64,000 nt of DNA from Mytilus trossulus (taxonomy: Eukaryota). The stretch covers positions 8,370,001 through 8,434,000 of the forward strand of contig NC_086383.1 of NCBI RefSeq assembly GCF_036588685.1, written 5' to 3'. Numbering within the stretch: the first letter of the stretch is position 1; each line of letters starts with the position of its first letter. A model generated the notes under the pieces. The model ran no database searches, had not been told where the DNA came from, and was given only the letters and a program-made list of their open reading frames with translations. This document shows positions 40,080 through 52,590 of this stretch, in pieces. A program made the translations under genes and the position numbers.

Positions 40080-42900
40080 AGGAATTTAGGACAACAAGGA
40101 CAAGAATATTGAAATGGCAGAAACTGAATCATTTAGAGAAATGGAAAAACCCACAGCTGAAGACGCTTTAACATAGGACAGCTCAATATGACTATTAAAC
40201 AATTGTACCAAGAATTTTAAGCAGATAGTAAATTTAATGCTCGAAGAACAGCTGAAATTTACCGCAATATAAAACAGAGCGAAGCGCGAGTTGATACAAT
40301 ATGTGATGGTCTCCTTACGTTTCAAGCTGACAAAAAGAGGCAATGGATATTAATAACGAACAGATGGGAGCAATATCTCAGCAACTTCAGCAGTCTGAAG
40401 ACAGGATAGATCACAAAGATAGTAATAATTGCTTGGTGGAATTGTTGGTCAGACCAATAGATATTAAATGTTGTGGTGAGACGAATGGACAAGCTTACAA
40501 CAACTGAAGAAGGAGACACAGTTCAATTTTAAAGTGCATTTGAACAGCAGGGTACCTTCCAACAAATGGCAACTGTTGTACATGAATTAGTTTACAATCG
40601 AAATAAAGAAGTTAAAATTTAGCTATGGACACAACATCTTAGCTAAAAGTTGACCTTAGCCAGCACAACGCAAGTTAACTAAAAGTACACAAAAAAATCA
40701 AATCCATGCCTTGGGTCTTTCCCCAATTGTAGTTCGCATTAACCATCAGCCACGCAAACTCTGTTGAAGGTGTCTTCACTTTAAGTCAAAAGTCCTATGC
40801 ATGAGGCAGTTCAAATTATTCAACAACAATTTCCATTTAAGAACATACTATTAACCTCTAGTACTTATCAAGGATAACAGCAAAATGATTGTGTCTTCTT
40901 GCGCACATTTACCGTTTACTATGAGTCAATAATATTTGGTTCAGAGTAGCACACCATTACCGAAACAATTGGCTGCAAGTGGATTCTATCCTGTTTCTCC
41001 GATGCTGAATGCAGTGCCCAATTACGGTATCATACACGTTGAGTCAATTGCAAATCCCACATTTATCGCTCCAATTATGACAACTTCGTCAGGTCCTGGA
41101 GCTCTAACAGGCTTCCCATAACAGCAAGCTGCCTGCACTGACCGATCCAAGAAAGGACAGAGGAAACAAAAAGAGTGTGGCAACATCTCTTCTTCAGACC
41201 CCTCATTAGAGAGAGAACATACCCGATAGCAAGAAAATCTTGGTGCAAGGGACCGGAGCCGCAGCCCACAGCTCCAAAAAATGCAAAAACTCAATTGAAG
41301 AGGATCCATGACTTGACAGGCGTTAATCTACCAATTTGAAATACTGCTGGTAGATGACAATGGGTAAACAGAAAAAAATGTGTGTAGACCCAAGATTGCA
41401 GGCCGATGTTTTCTTTGAGTACGCTCGCAAGGTAACTTTATTTGGAGCAGCGCTTCAGCAATAATGACGATCAAACTTTATTGAAACCGAAACATTCCTT
41501 CGAGGATGTAAAGACAAAGATTCTACAAGGCATGTAATAAAGAGGAGCCAGAAACATTCAACAAGGCGTTACAACAATTGAAAACCTCAAAAGCAAACCA
41601 GAAGGCGATATATGGATAAAAAGAGCCAATTATGACCATCGACAAGTCTACTTTACTGCTGGCGCAGTATCACCGACCGATTAAGGTAAAATGGGCATTC
41701 CTTTGGATAATGAGGTGCATAACCATACAAAAATTGTCACAAAACTAGCTAATGTTATGCTTTCAACTAATCAGCATAACCGTGAATTGACCAATCAGTA
41801 TAACCTCGGTTCTTCTGATCAAATAATCATGGAAGATCACCAGTTCAATGGAAAATCACCTGATCAATATATACACGTTGAAGATCGCCAGATAGAAATA
41901 CACTAAGCTTCATGCCTATCGATCAGGAGAGCAACACATTCACTAATCTAGAGATAATATAATCCATAAAGAAAACGGTTAGCATCTCCAAGGACAACTC
42001 CAGAAATCCCGGCTATTTCAGACAACGGTCACCTTCACCAGGATACGGAGCAAATCAAAGTGTAACCCCAACAATAGAGTCTTTAAACAGCAAAGGGTCA
42101 AAGCAGTAAGCCAACGCACGATTAGCCTCGTCCGATATCGTCATCACACGAACCATTTGATAGAGCTTAACAGTACGGGGTACTATAATGACCAGAATGT
42201 GAGCATGAATGATGACACTGCTGCAAAGATAAAATTAGTAAATGAGAAATTAATTCCAACAGAAAATGGAGATTTGGAGAACGTAACGCTACGTGGTTTG
42301 GGTTAACAGCTTGTTGTTTGGAAGGTAATAAAGAACGACTCTCGACATTAATAGAGTCAACATACAATGGGATGTGTTCAAAGAGCCATTAACAGACAAA
42401 ACAGTCATACTTAGACTAGATATTTTGGACACCATGAGCGCAGTGATTAACCTAATACTGCCAAAACTACCATCAACAATAAAGTGATAAATGCGGCATG
42501 TTTTAACAGTGAAAAAAGATTTCAACACAGCAAGTCTGCATAAAGCAAGCTATCACGATTCTGTCAAACTCAAAAATTACTGTTACTATCAAAACTAATA
42601 AAGGGCTAACCTGAAGTGCATTTTTGGGCCATACTCGCTGACTTGTTGCGAATTGGTTTCGCACGTAGTTGGAAAAGGAAATAGTTGCCCCTTACCCATT
42701 TTCAATGATGGCAATCGTCTAATCCGCCTGCAGGAAGGTACACCTATTGATTACATTTGACGACGTAGTGGGTACAGCAGATGAAAACGCGATAAGTGAC
42801 GTAAGACGTCGCATTGAAGAGACATGAGACAAGGTACCCTCGGCATTACATAAAAGTTCAGATGAGTTACTCACTATTCCACCACACTTAACCGACATAT
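40080..42900 (+). mobile_element. Heavily decayed Gypsy-like gag/protease remnant
   Basis: GS..W.A.IYQFE-like gag motif (~41300), QQALQQLKTSKANQKAIYG (~41560), ILDT protease-like motif (~42420), FNDGNRLIRLQEGTPI (~42700). Confidence 0.5.
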
Positions 42901-43699
42901 ATTAACGTTCAATCGACTTGTTTCGACCTATGTCATTCCAACCATTAAAACTGAAAGCGCTTAAAATAACAATTACATTAACATATAACATATTGAGTAA
43001 CATTTTGAATTTCACTTTTTGTTTTTGTTTATGCAGCCATATTTGCAATCGTATGTGTTATAGAATTAACCAATTTTCGATTTATACTTTAAATTAATTG
43101 ATAACAAATTCAACAACATGAAGTCCATTTTTAAAGAATCATTTCTTTAACTTTCCGAAATTATATATAATACCTTTAGGACAATCTTGATATTTATACC
43201 ATTTTTCCGCCATCTTGAAAATGGCAGCCATATTGAATTTTTAAGAGTGGGTCCATAGCTGAAATCAAAGGGTATATAACCAAGAACTACTAGAAGCAAA
43301 GTTTCATGCTTTCCTCATCAAGTGAGCAATTCTGCTATATGTCTGCACCAATCGTCGGGACTAGTATAAGAGAGTCGAAAGATATCAAAGGAAATTTAAA
43401 TGCATAAGTCGAAAATAAACTGACGACACCATGTCTAACAAAACCAACATACAAACAATACTACCTAAAACACAATATAGAAAACTAAAGAATGAGTTGC
43501 ACGAACCCAATTTCACCTTTTTTCAGTTTCATTTCAACAACAGATATGTATTCATATTTCAGGAACTTACTTTTATGAATTTCTCAATAGCAGTGAACTA
43601 CAAACATGTCCAAGCAACAGCACCAAATTTAAGGCGGAAAAGACAGAAAACTTACAATAAACACGTATTTTCTTAAATTCATGTGCAAGTGATACGTTA

Positions 43700-44960
43700 A
43701 CATTGATTAATGTTGTTATAGACCGGGATAATCCCTTGAAGTTAAAAAAATCGACATAAATTGCTACGAAGGGGTAAACGTTCTGCTAAGAATGTTTTAT
43801 CAAAAATATGTCCTACTTTTTATGACTGGACGGCTTGGTGTTTACTTGTTGCCTTACATAATAATTGACGTATTAAACGTTGGAGTTTAGAGAATTTGGA
43901 AAAAAGAGAACGACATTTCCAGATAAAAATATTGTAACTACTTGTAATGTGGCTATCTTATTTCGTTCGTATGAAAACACAACTTGCATGCGGAATTTAA
44001 ATATATCTTGCTCTGACTGTTCTCTCAAAAATGAATGTCTTACGTTTCATCACAGGGCCGCTCGATGGTCATGTGTTGTTCACGCTATTTCATGATATTG
44101 TTCGTATGAAAACACAAGTTGAGGACTAATATTTCCTAAAAGTTTTGCGAAATACAGCTAAGGTTATCTATTTCTGAGGAAGGAAAGCCTTCATTCTTAA
44201 AATAATCAAAGTGTTGTTAACAGTTAATATATCTTGCAAATAGATATAGGAAGATGTGGTATGAGTGCCATAGAGACAACTCTCTATCCAAATAACAATG
44301 TATAAAACCATTATAGGTCAAGGTACCGTATGTTTTATCAAAAATAAAATGTCTTTCTTTTTATGACTGGGCCGCTTGGTGTTAACTTGTTGCCTCACAC
44401 TTTTACTATAATAAAATTTAGAAGTTGATGGAATCTGAAGCAAAGGGAGAGAAAAACGTCCTGATGAAACATTGTAAATTCTTATACTGAGGCTATCTGA
44501 TTTTGTTCATATTAAAACAAAATTCGCATCGACACGGTTTGTTAACGTCTATTGCTAATGTTCTATCAAAAATATATCATACTTTTTATCACAAAACCGC
44601 CTCACACTTTTATTTGACTGCCTAAATGTGGGAGCATAGGTAAAATGAAACAAACGGAAAGAAAAACTTCACTATGAAAACATTGTAAACACTAGAACTG
44701 AGTTTATCTGATTTTGTTCGTATTAAAACACAAGTCGCGTCGACATTTTTTTTTTAAAACGTTTCTTGCTAAGAACTTTTCATCAAAGATGAATAGCTTA
44801 CCTTTTATTACAGGGCGGCTCGATGTTTACTTGATACTTCGCTCTATACCTTGACTGATTTAACGTAGGAGTTAGGGGAAACTGACACAAATGAGAAAAA
44901 AAACCTTCCTGATGAAGATACGATATATTTTGTATTGATTGTATCTGATGTCGTTCGAGG
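43700..44960 (+). pseudogene. Tandemly reiterated decayed LRR module (4-5 copies), paralogous to 27800-29450
   Basis: Units aatgttttatcaaaaat...gttgcctcac...cttcctgatgaaaacattgt...tatctgattttgttcgta; one reads KNVLSKICPTFYDWTA...LHNN*RIKRWSLENLEK. Confidence 0.55.
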
Positions 44961-45449
44961 ATTGGTGGTCACTTAGCTAAAGTGTTTAACACTTGAGGAA
45001 TATGATCCAAAGGAAGTCATAACAAAATGTTAATAATTAATATTTGGAAAAAGTAAAATCACAAAAATACTCAACTCCGGGGAATATCCAAAACGGAAAT
45101 TATATTATCAAATGGCAAAATCAAATTGTAAAACACATCAAAGGAATGGACATCAACTGTCATATTCCTGACTAGGTTCAGGCATTTTCAAATGAAGGAA
45201 AGGGTAAATTGAACCTGGTTTTAAAGCGTTCAACCTCTCATTTGTATTTTCTACATTTGAAAATGCCTGTCCAAGTCAGGAATATGACAGTTCTTGTCCA
45301 TTCGTTTTTGAAGCGTTTTGTTATTTGATTTTGCCATGTGATTATGGACTTTCCGAATTGATTTTCCTCTTAGTTCAGTATTTTTGTGATTTTTATTTTT
45401 GTATGATATTCGCATCAAATATCTTTATATTTACAATGATTATTTTTTT

Positions 45450-45682
45450 ATAATTATCTATCATATCATGCTACTCGTTTGAGATTAAAAATTATCGCTA
45501 GAAACCAAGGAGGTACGTGACGTTGCTAATGAAATTTACATGCCATTGGCAATGTCGCCATATGTAAAATAGAGATATATAGATTATCATTGGTCATCTC
45601 AACTCGATTGCTTTTCTCGCTTACGACACTCCGGCACAAGAAAATCAATCTCGCTGAGATGATCATCGATAATCTATAAATA
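45450..45682. mobile_element. Non-autonomous element with subterminal palindrome
   Basis: tatagattatcattggtcatctca...tgagatgatcatcgataatctata hairpin at ~45577-45678; same layout as 425-712. Confidence 0.5.
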
Positions 45683-46214
45683 TACAAATTTTCTGAAATA
45701 TGTTTTAGCTATTCAATTTTGTATACTTCTTTTAAGTGACAACAGTCATGGATTTAATTTCATCTATATGATTTGTATAAGATAACCTAACATTCATGAG
45801 AAATAATTCAGACCAAAACAATTGTTGTCAAACATTTAACATCAACAGACTTATTGTTTTGACAATACTCTATAATTTAGAATTGATTTTAACGTTTAAT
45901 AATGAATACTATTTCCAGTTATTCTTACAGGCTAATGTTATGCAAAACTAAAAGGTTGTGGTATATTTACCAGTGTATTGGTGAAGGCCGTACGGTAACC
46001 TTTAGTTGTTTTAAAATGTCTGTGTCATGTTGGTCTCTTGTGGACAGTTGTCTCATTTGCAATCATACCACATCTTCTTTTTTATATTATCTACAAATAT
46101 CAAGTTACTCTCTATCGTATTGTCAAATAACGGCAACAGTAGTATACCGCTGTTTGAAATTCTTAAATCGATAGAGATAGAAACTGAATCCGGGTTACAA
46201 ACTAAAACTGTGGA

Positions 46215-47400
46215 AAACACATCAAAAATATTTTTTATGTTTTACAAATTATTCAGTTTCTTCCCAAATTTTCCTGTCGTCTTATTTCTTATGTCTGTCC
46301 ACCGCGTGATATTACCCAACACTTTAATACTTCTCTACAAAATGTGTTTGATATATTATTGAATGTTCTTCTTTTTTTTAAAATCATTTAAAAAATTACC
46401 AATTGATACCAACTACACTTGGACATTTTAAAGAAATCAACTTCTAGTTTGAAGTGCCCTTCAGGGACATATCATAACCTTGCATATAAATCATTTGTAA
46501 TCTTTTCTAAATTTATCTGGTACTGTACATGCATTTGCCAACAACGAAAAATCGAGGAGAAAGTAATATTTTTACAAGTAGTATTTTTTCCGATCGAAGC
46601 TAACTGACGTTAACATCATCAATGAGATTTCTCCATTTTTTCAATTTTATTCTCATGATTTAATTTTTCACATTCTTCTCTATTATGACCAAATTATATT
46701 TATTGTGCTTTAACTGTTTGTTTTTGTTTGTCTAATCAAAACCAGTTTCCTTGTCTTTCATATTTTCCAGTTTTGCTATCCATAAACCCTCTCTTTTAAA
46801 TTTTCGTTGTGAAAAACCCCAATTAATGATCTGAAAAATTTCTTGTAACTGAGAAATAAAATCGTAAAATTAGCTAGTTGAGAAATTTCAATGCTATCAG
46901 TTTTTATTATTTAGTTCAACTATGAACCCTTTGATATGTCTATTTTCTAAGTCTTTAAGCCATGGTCTTCACTGATAAATCGAAAAGAAGAGCCGATTAG
47001 GGGCACTCTTGTCTCATTCCTCTTTTGCGTAAAATTTTTAAAAAAATCAATTCATAATTTTTATCACAAGCTTGTAACCCAGTATATAATGTTTTACTAA
47101 GTGCATCATGTGTATGTGTTTGATAAATCCAAAAATATTACAAAGTGATTAACGTAGAATTCCATTCCAATGAATCAAAAGCTTTGGTAAAATCTATAAA
47201 ACTATTGCCCCTTAAATCAAATATGTGTGCTGATAATCAGTAATACTTGACCTACTTATCCAACAATAAATTATCCACCTTTTTTAACAATGATGTCAAT
47301 ATATAAGTGCGTTGTAGGTGCGACAAACGTTTTTTTTTTTAATTAACTAAACACATATCATTGGCAACTAGAGATTCGAGCTGATAATCTTCAATTATCC
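46215..47400 (-). mobile_element. L1/Tx1-clade LINE ORF2 remnant
   Basis: FIDFTKAFDSLEWN (~47160-47200), RGMRQECP.SALLF (~46985-47025), LASIGKILLVK (~46575-46605), FCREVLKCW (~46315-46342). Confidence 0.8.
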
Positions 47401-49219
47401 CTTTCTTCTTTCTTTTAGTATTTTTTTTATTGTTTTGTACATTATTTGCGCATACATATGTTATATTTCAGAATTCAAAATTCCAAAATTGATTTTTCTC
47501 TGTAAAGTAAGCTAAGCAATGACAAAACATATACACAAAAATAGGAATATTTGGTATAATTTTCAATTTGACAACTATACATAAGAGAGAAAAACAATTT
47601 GAAGCAGAAATGAGTTGTTCCGTACAGCCTTCACCAATGAGAAAAGTATGATTTAAAGGCAGCATTACTATACAATATTAAGGTCACAAAAGAGAAACAA
47701 AACAATGACGTGATTAATGTTATTACAATCAAATGTTATAGATCATATGTCTTATTTGATGCATGCATCACCGACCGTGCCAATCCAAACTCGTGCAAAG
47801 CTAAACAATTGTGGTCATGACAACATTGGCACGTTTTCAGAATGAACGCTGATTTGTTTATCGTAAGAGCAAAGCCGATTTTGTAAGATAAATTGCATTT
47901 TTTCTTTGGATGTTTTAATGTAATAAATCGGTTAAAACGAGTGTTAAGGGAAAGCCATTGTATAATATTTATAATTAGATGTTGTATAATACTTTGATAA
48001 TGAAATATGCAGCACGAGTACAATTCAAAGAAAGGCGGAACTTAGCTATGGTTCAAGTATTAATTTTCATGTTTTTCAATGACTGAAGCTCCACCCCTTT
48101 TATTTAAACTTAAAAACGTAAACGGTCATGAACATGTATTTGTTTTCAGTTGATATCACATAGCAATAAATCATTTGTGCCATATCTCTAGAACTCTTTT
48201 TGCAAAGTAAGAATAATGGTTACGAGTTTCCTTAATTTTTCCTTCTTTCAGTTCTAAAAAAAAATCAAAAATGTAAAATGTAGTTCCATATCTTATACGT
48301 AATTCAATTAGATTCGATTCAAAAGGGGATTTCGTAAGGAAAAGGAACAGCTATTGACTGGCACAAGACAAAAACGCATATTTTTGTCGATTTGATTAGT
48401 TTCTAAAATTGAACATGTTTAAAGAATTTACGAGAAAAAACATGATTTTTTTCGATCAAATAGAGGAACGTACACTATCTTTGCTCCATGAATTCGCCAC
48501 TGTTTAGTGTTTTATCCAAAAAATTGTGTTTTAATATATGGTCTAATGATCAAATTAATAAAACAGAATTAAAACAGTACGTTTGTAAACTTTAAGTGTA
48601 TTAATACCATTTTTTCAACGAGACAAACAACGTGAAAAATATAATTGATTTGAAGGATATCTTGAAAACCAACAAAATAAAAACCAAATCTTATTGTCAT
48701 TAGAATAATTATTTAATGTCGTTGCTGGCATCCGACATTTTTTTTTAATTTCTGAAAGCATTATAAAATTACCTGCGAACACGATCATACACGGGCGCAA
48801 AACCTACTCACGCGAGCGTCCATCTCATTAAATAAAACGATAACTAAATCATCAATTTCATACATAAGTTTATTTATATTTCAAATTATTTATACCTCGT
48901 GTCTTCCACATTTTCATATTTAAACAAACCTCCTTTAGATTCTTTTGTTTAAATATGTTATCTCGTGCGAACCATTGTATATACAGTATTTAAGACATTT
49001 TGCTATTGCTTAATTATTAACACTAAATATTTATCAACAGATTCGGGTTTGAATAAATCGAGATATAAGCGTTTGTGTTTTAAGATTGCCCTTATTAAAA
49101 CATATCTTCTATTGACAGCGTATCAGAACTGGTAAGCAGATATATGAGACGGTCAAACCATGTTTTCAAAGACCAAGCCTAAAAAAAAACGATTGTAACT
49201 ATTATTATCCAAATACACA

Positions 49220-52200
49220 AATGATAAAATTGAGAATGGAAATTGGGAATGTGTGAAAGTGACAACAACTCGATTATAGAGCAGACAACAGCCGAAGGCC
49301 ACCAATGGTTCTTCAATGTAGCGAGCAACTTCCGCACCCAGAGGCGTCCTTCAGTTGGCTCCTAAACAAATATGCTTACAAGTTCAGTGATACTCGACGT
49401 CATGCTCAACTTCGAATTATACACAAGAAACTAAAATTTAAAATTATACAAGACTAACAAAGGCCAGAGGCTCCTGACTAGGGACAGGCGCAAATTTTGG
49501 GCGGGGTTAAACATGTTTTTTTTTTATTAAAACCCATCTCCTTTACCTCTAGCCAATGTAGAAAAACAAATGCACAACAAAACGCACAGTAAAACTAAGT
49601 TTAAGAGAATTCCGAGTCCGCTGTCAGAATATAAAACAAAAGAAAATAATACATAAATACCAACAGACTACTTGCAGTTACTGACATGCCAGCTCCAAAC
49701 CTCAATTAAACTGATCTAAAGGGTATGTCTACATTATATAAATATAAGGCACAATCACTCCTGTTAGGAGTCTATTATTATACCATCATGAAATATATGA
49801 GAACAACATAACGTGTGTCATGCCAACAATTGGTTTTAGAATAAATGTGTTTAATTCCAATGCAAAGACCCTATACGTGAATCAATATTAAAGCCAAAAT
49901 ATGCAATCTGTAATGACCGGACTACAGCATCGTTAGCTTTTGATGTAAATACTGATATTTTTGTGCTATATTTACGAATCATTTCCTTATACCGATGATT
50001 AAGTTGAGTAAATGTTTTGACTAGTTTGTAATATCGAAAACATTGGTGTAATAATTTTTCAGCAATGCATAAATTTCTCTCGCTTAAATCTAAAACGTTG
50101 CACGAGCAAAACGTACAAGTTGAGATACATAAACACCATAAGATGGTGACAAGGGAACGTCACCGTCTAAAAATGGAGAGTTAACAATATTAACCTATTA
50201 AGCTTCCAGTTAATGATAAATATATTGAGATCGAGGAAGGGCAGTGATCATTGCTAGTAATAGCTTTATTTAAAGTAAATTCTACAGGATGCATTTCTGT
50301 AGAATACATACTGAAGTCGTCAAATTGAGAGCCAATATATCATCCAAATATCTAAAAGTTATGTTAAATTTTTGTATCAAACTTAATATTGTTTTGATTA
50401 GTCTTTGCTGATTTTAGTCATAAATTGTAACTCAAAACAATACCAAAACAGGTCCGCAATAAGAAGTTCACAATAAGTCCCCATTGGAATTCCAATAACT
50501 TGACGATTTACGAAAAAGTTAAGTGCAAATGAAGTATCAAAGCATGTCCAATTGACATTTTTGTTTCTGTTCGTTGCTACTAAAAAGTGACTCAAAATAG
50601 TTTGAACAAACGTATTGGCATTCTGACATTTTAAATGCCAAATTAATTATTAATTATGGATGTGAATTTTTCTTAATAAGAATATGAGGCAAAGTGGTAT
50701 GTAGGGTAGATTCGAAATCATCAATAAGTGGATGCAATTTATCAAGTACTTCCAACGAGTTTTTGACACTTCAAAATTAATTAATTTCAATATTTTCAAC
50801 AGCATTATTTGAACAATTCATTATCAGGTGTTTGATTGAACCAAGTGAACTATTAAGTAGAATAGACAATTTAGTAGTAATCATTGTAATGGCATGAAGA
50901 TGAAATAAATCTATATTTGTAAGTTGTTTTGTGTAGCTTTAAAGGCCAGTACATACATGTACATAGTTGGGACTTTCATTGTTATTTGTACTGCTTGTAA
51001 AGATTTAGGTAAAAGTTTGTGCTTATAACAGATGCCGTTTCCTGAAAATAAAGTCAGTTGGAATGTTGGTAAATTCGTGATTTCCTTTTGCAGAACCTCA
51101 ATATAAAATTTACGTCAAACAATAATGATATTATTAGCAGCTTTATCAGCAGGGACATAAACAAATTCCTTGGGTAGTTCTTTTAGTTGATTTTTGATAC
51201 GCAAAATAAAAAACAAAAGTCCAAAGATTTTATGTCAGCTTTTTCCTGTGTAACCCATTTCAAGCAGTAAGTACGGAGTGAGTTGTGAATGATATGACGA
51301 CACTCATTCCAATTATTAATTGACTGGGGACGATATGTATGTTCTTTACTGAGGAATGATCTTAACTCTCGGTCGCGAACGATGTTTAGGTCTGCTGTTA
51401 AGACATGGGGAACGGGGCCATAAGTGTATTCAGTATTACTGCAGTTACATGACATTGGTGTATTTTCACTGATATTTACATCTTTACACATTTGGTTACA
51501 ATTAAACACATATTTCAGGGTAGATGTCCTGTAAATATAAGAAGTAAGAGGGAGTTCAGTTTTATCAAAATATCCAGGAATTTGTTCTTTAACAGAATGG
51601 TCGTTAAGAATACCGGCAATATTTTCAAAATCAAAACCGTTATTGACACACTTAATTTTAAAATAAATGATTTTTATGATCTTCAGGGCGACCAATTCTG
51701 GTAAAGGTTAAGAATAACAATATGCCATCATAGTTTGAACGATTTCATACTTAGGACTGCAAAATGAAATTGTGTTGCAAACCTTTAAAATTCTATTTAA
51801 TTTATTCATAGGTAAAGATAAGAGCTTTGCTAACAAATAGTGTCTGTTGTTGTTTTTTGAAATATAAATTAGGTCCGAAATATCTGTATGGTTGGTCCTA
51901 AATTTTCTTTGATTGTGATTTTTTCTACGCCCATGAGAATGGTTTTTACGAACAGTTTTAGAAACTATTTCCAAAATGTTAACAGAATCGGTTCTTCATA
52001 GAATACCACTTCCCATGATATTATCATTAAGACCGAGAGGGTAGACTGTCTGTATTTTTTTAATACAAATTAATTCAAATATTTTCCGTGATCGTACAAA
52101 CTTTGCGTGAGATTCACCAGGCTGCTTATTTACTACTTCTAAAGGTTGAACTGTTAAATATTTAATAGGGTGATTGTGCTTCTTAAGATGTTGATAATTG

Positions 52201-52590
52201 ATACTGTTGAATTTATTGGCTCTTTAAAAACGATACAGATGTTCTTGCCTACGTTTAGAAAAATATCGTCCAGTTCCTACGTTCTGATTACCGCATCCCG
52301 GTTTGTTTCATGTGAGTAAATAAATATTACTGTTTGTTTTTCGAGTTATATCAGTTTCAAAATTTAAAGAAAGTGTGCGACCATTAAACGTAGACCTTAC
52401 CGAATTGTTTGTGAAAAGACGGGGACATGGAAGTATTATTTTGGCATGATACTTATCGATAGAAGAGCTACCACGATTTTGTTTGTTAAAAATGAATGCG
52501 ATGGCATTGCTTTCAGATAAGCGATTTTGAATATTAAAACGTGTAGATACCCTTTGAACGAGTTTAGTATTTAAGATTTTACCATTTCTA
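49220..52590 (-). mobile_element. Near full-length Naiad-type Penelope-like retroelement (N-terminal GIY-YIG plus RT), decayed
   Basis: 5'->3' order: GIY-YIG (NIYLLT*NKPGCG.Q.VG.TGR...R.QEH...FELICIKKIQTVYPLGLND, ~52330-52025), basic RKNHSHGRRK tract, CNC...HVLT.DL, VPADKAANNI, GIPMGT...IADLF, FRYLDD, DGDVPLSPSYGVYVSQLVRFARA. Confidence 0.88.

Noticed and set aside
47468-48023. GPCR fragment (FNRFITLKHP resembling DRF...P)
   Set aside because: A single weak motif with no convincing set of TM helices
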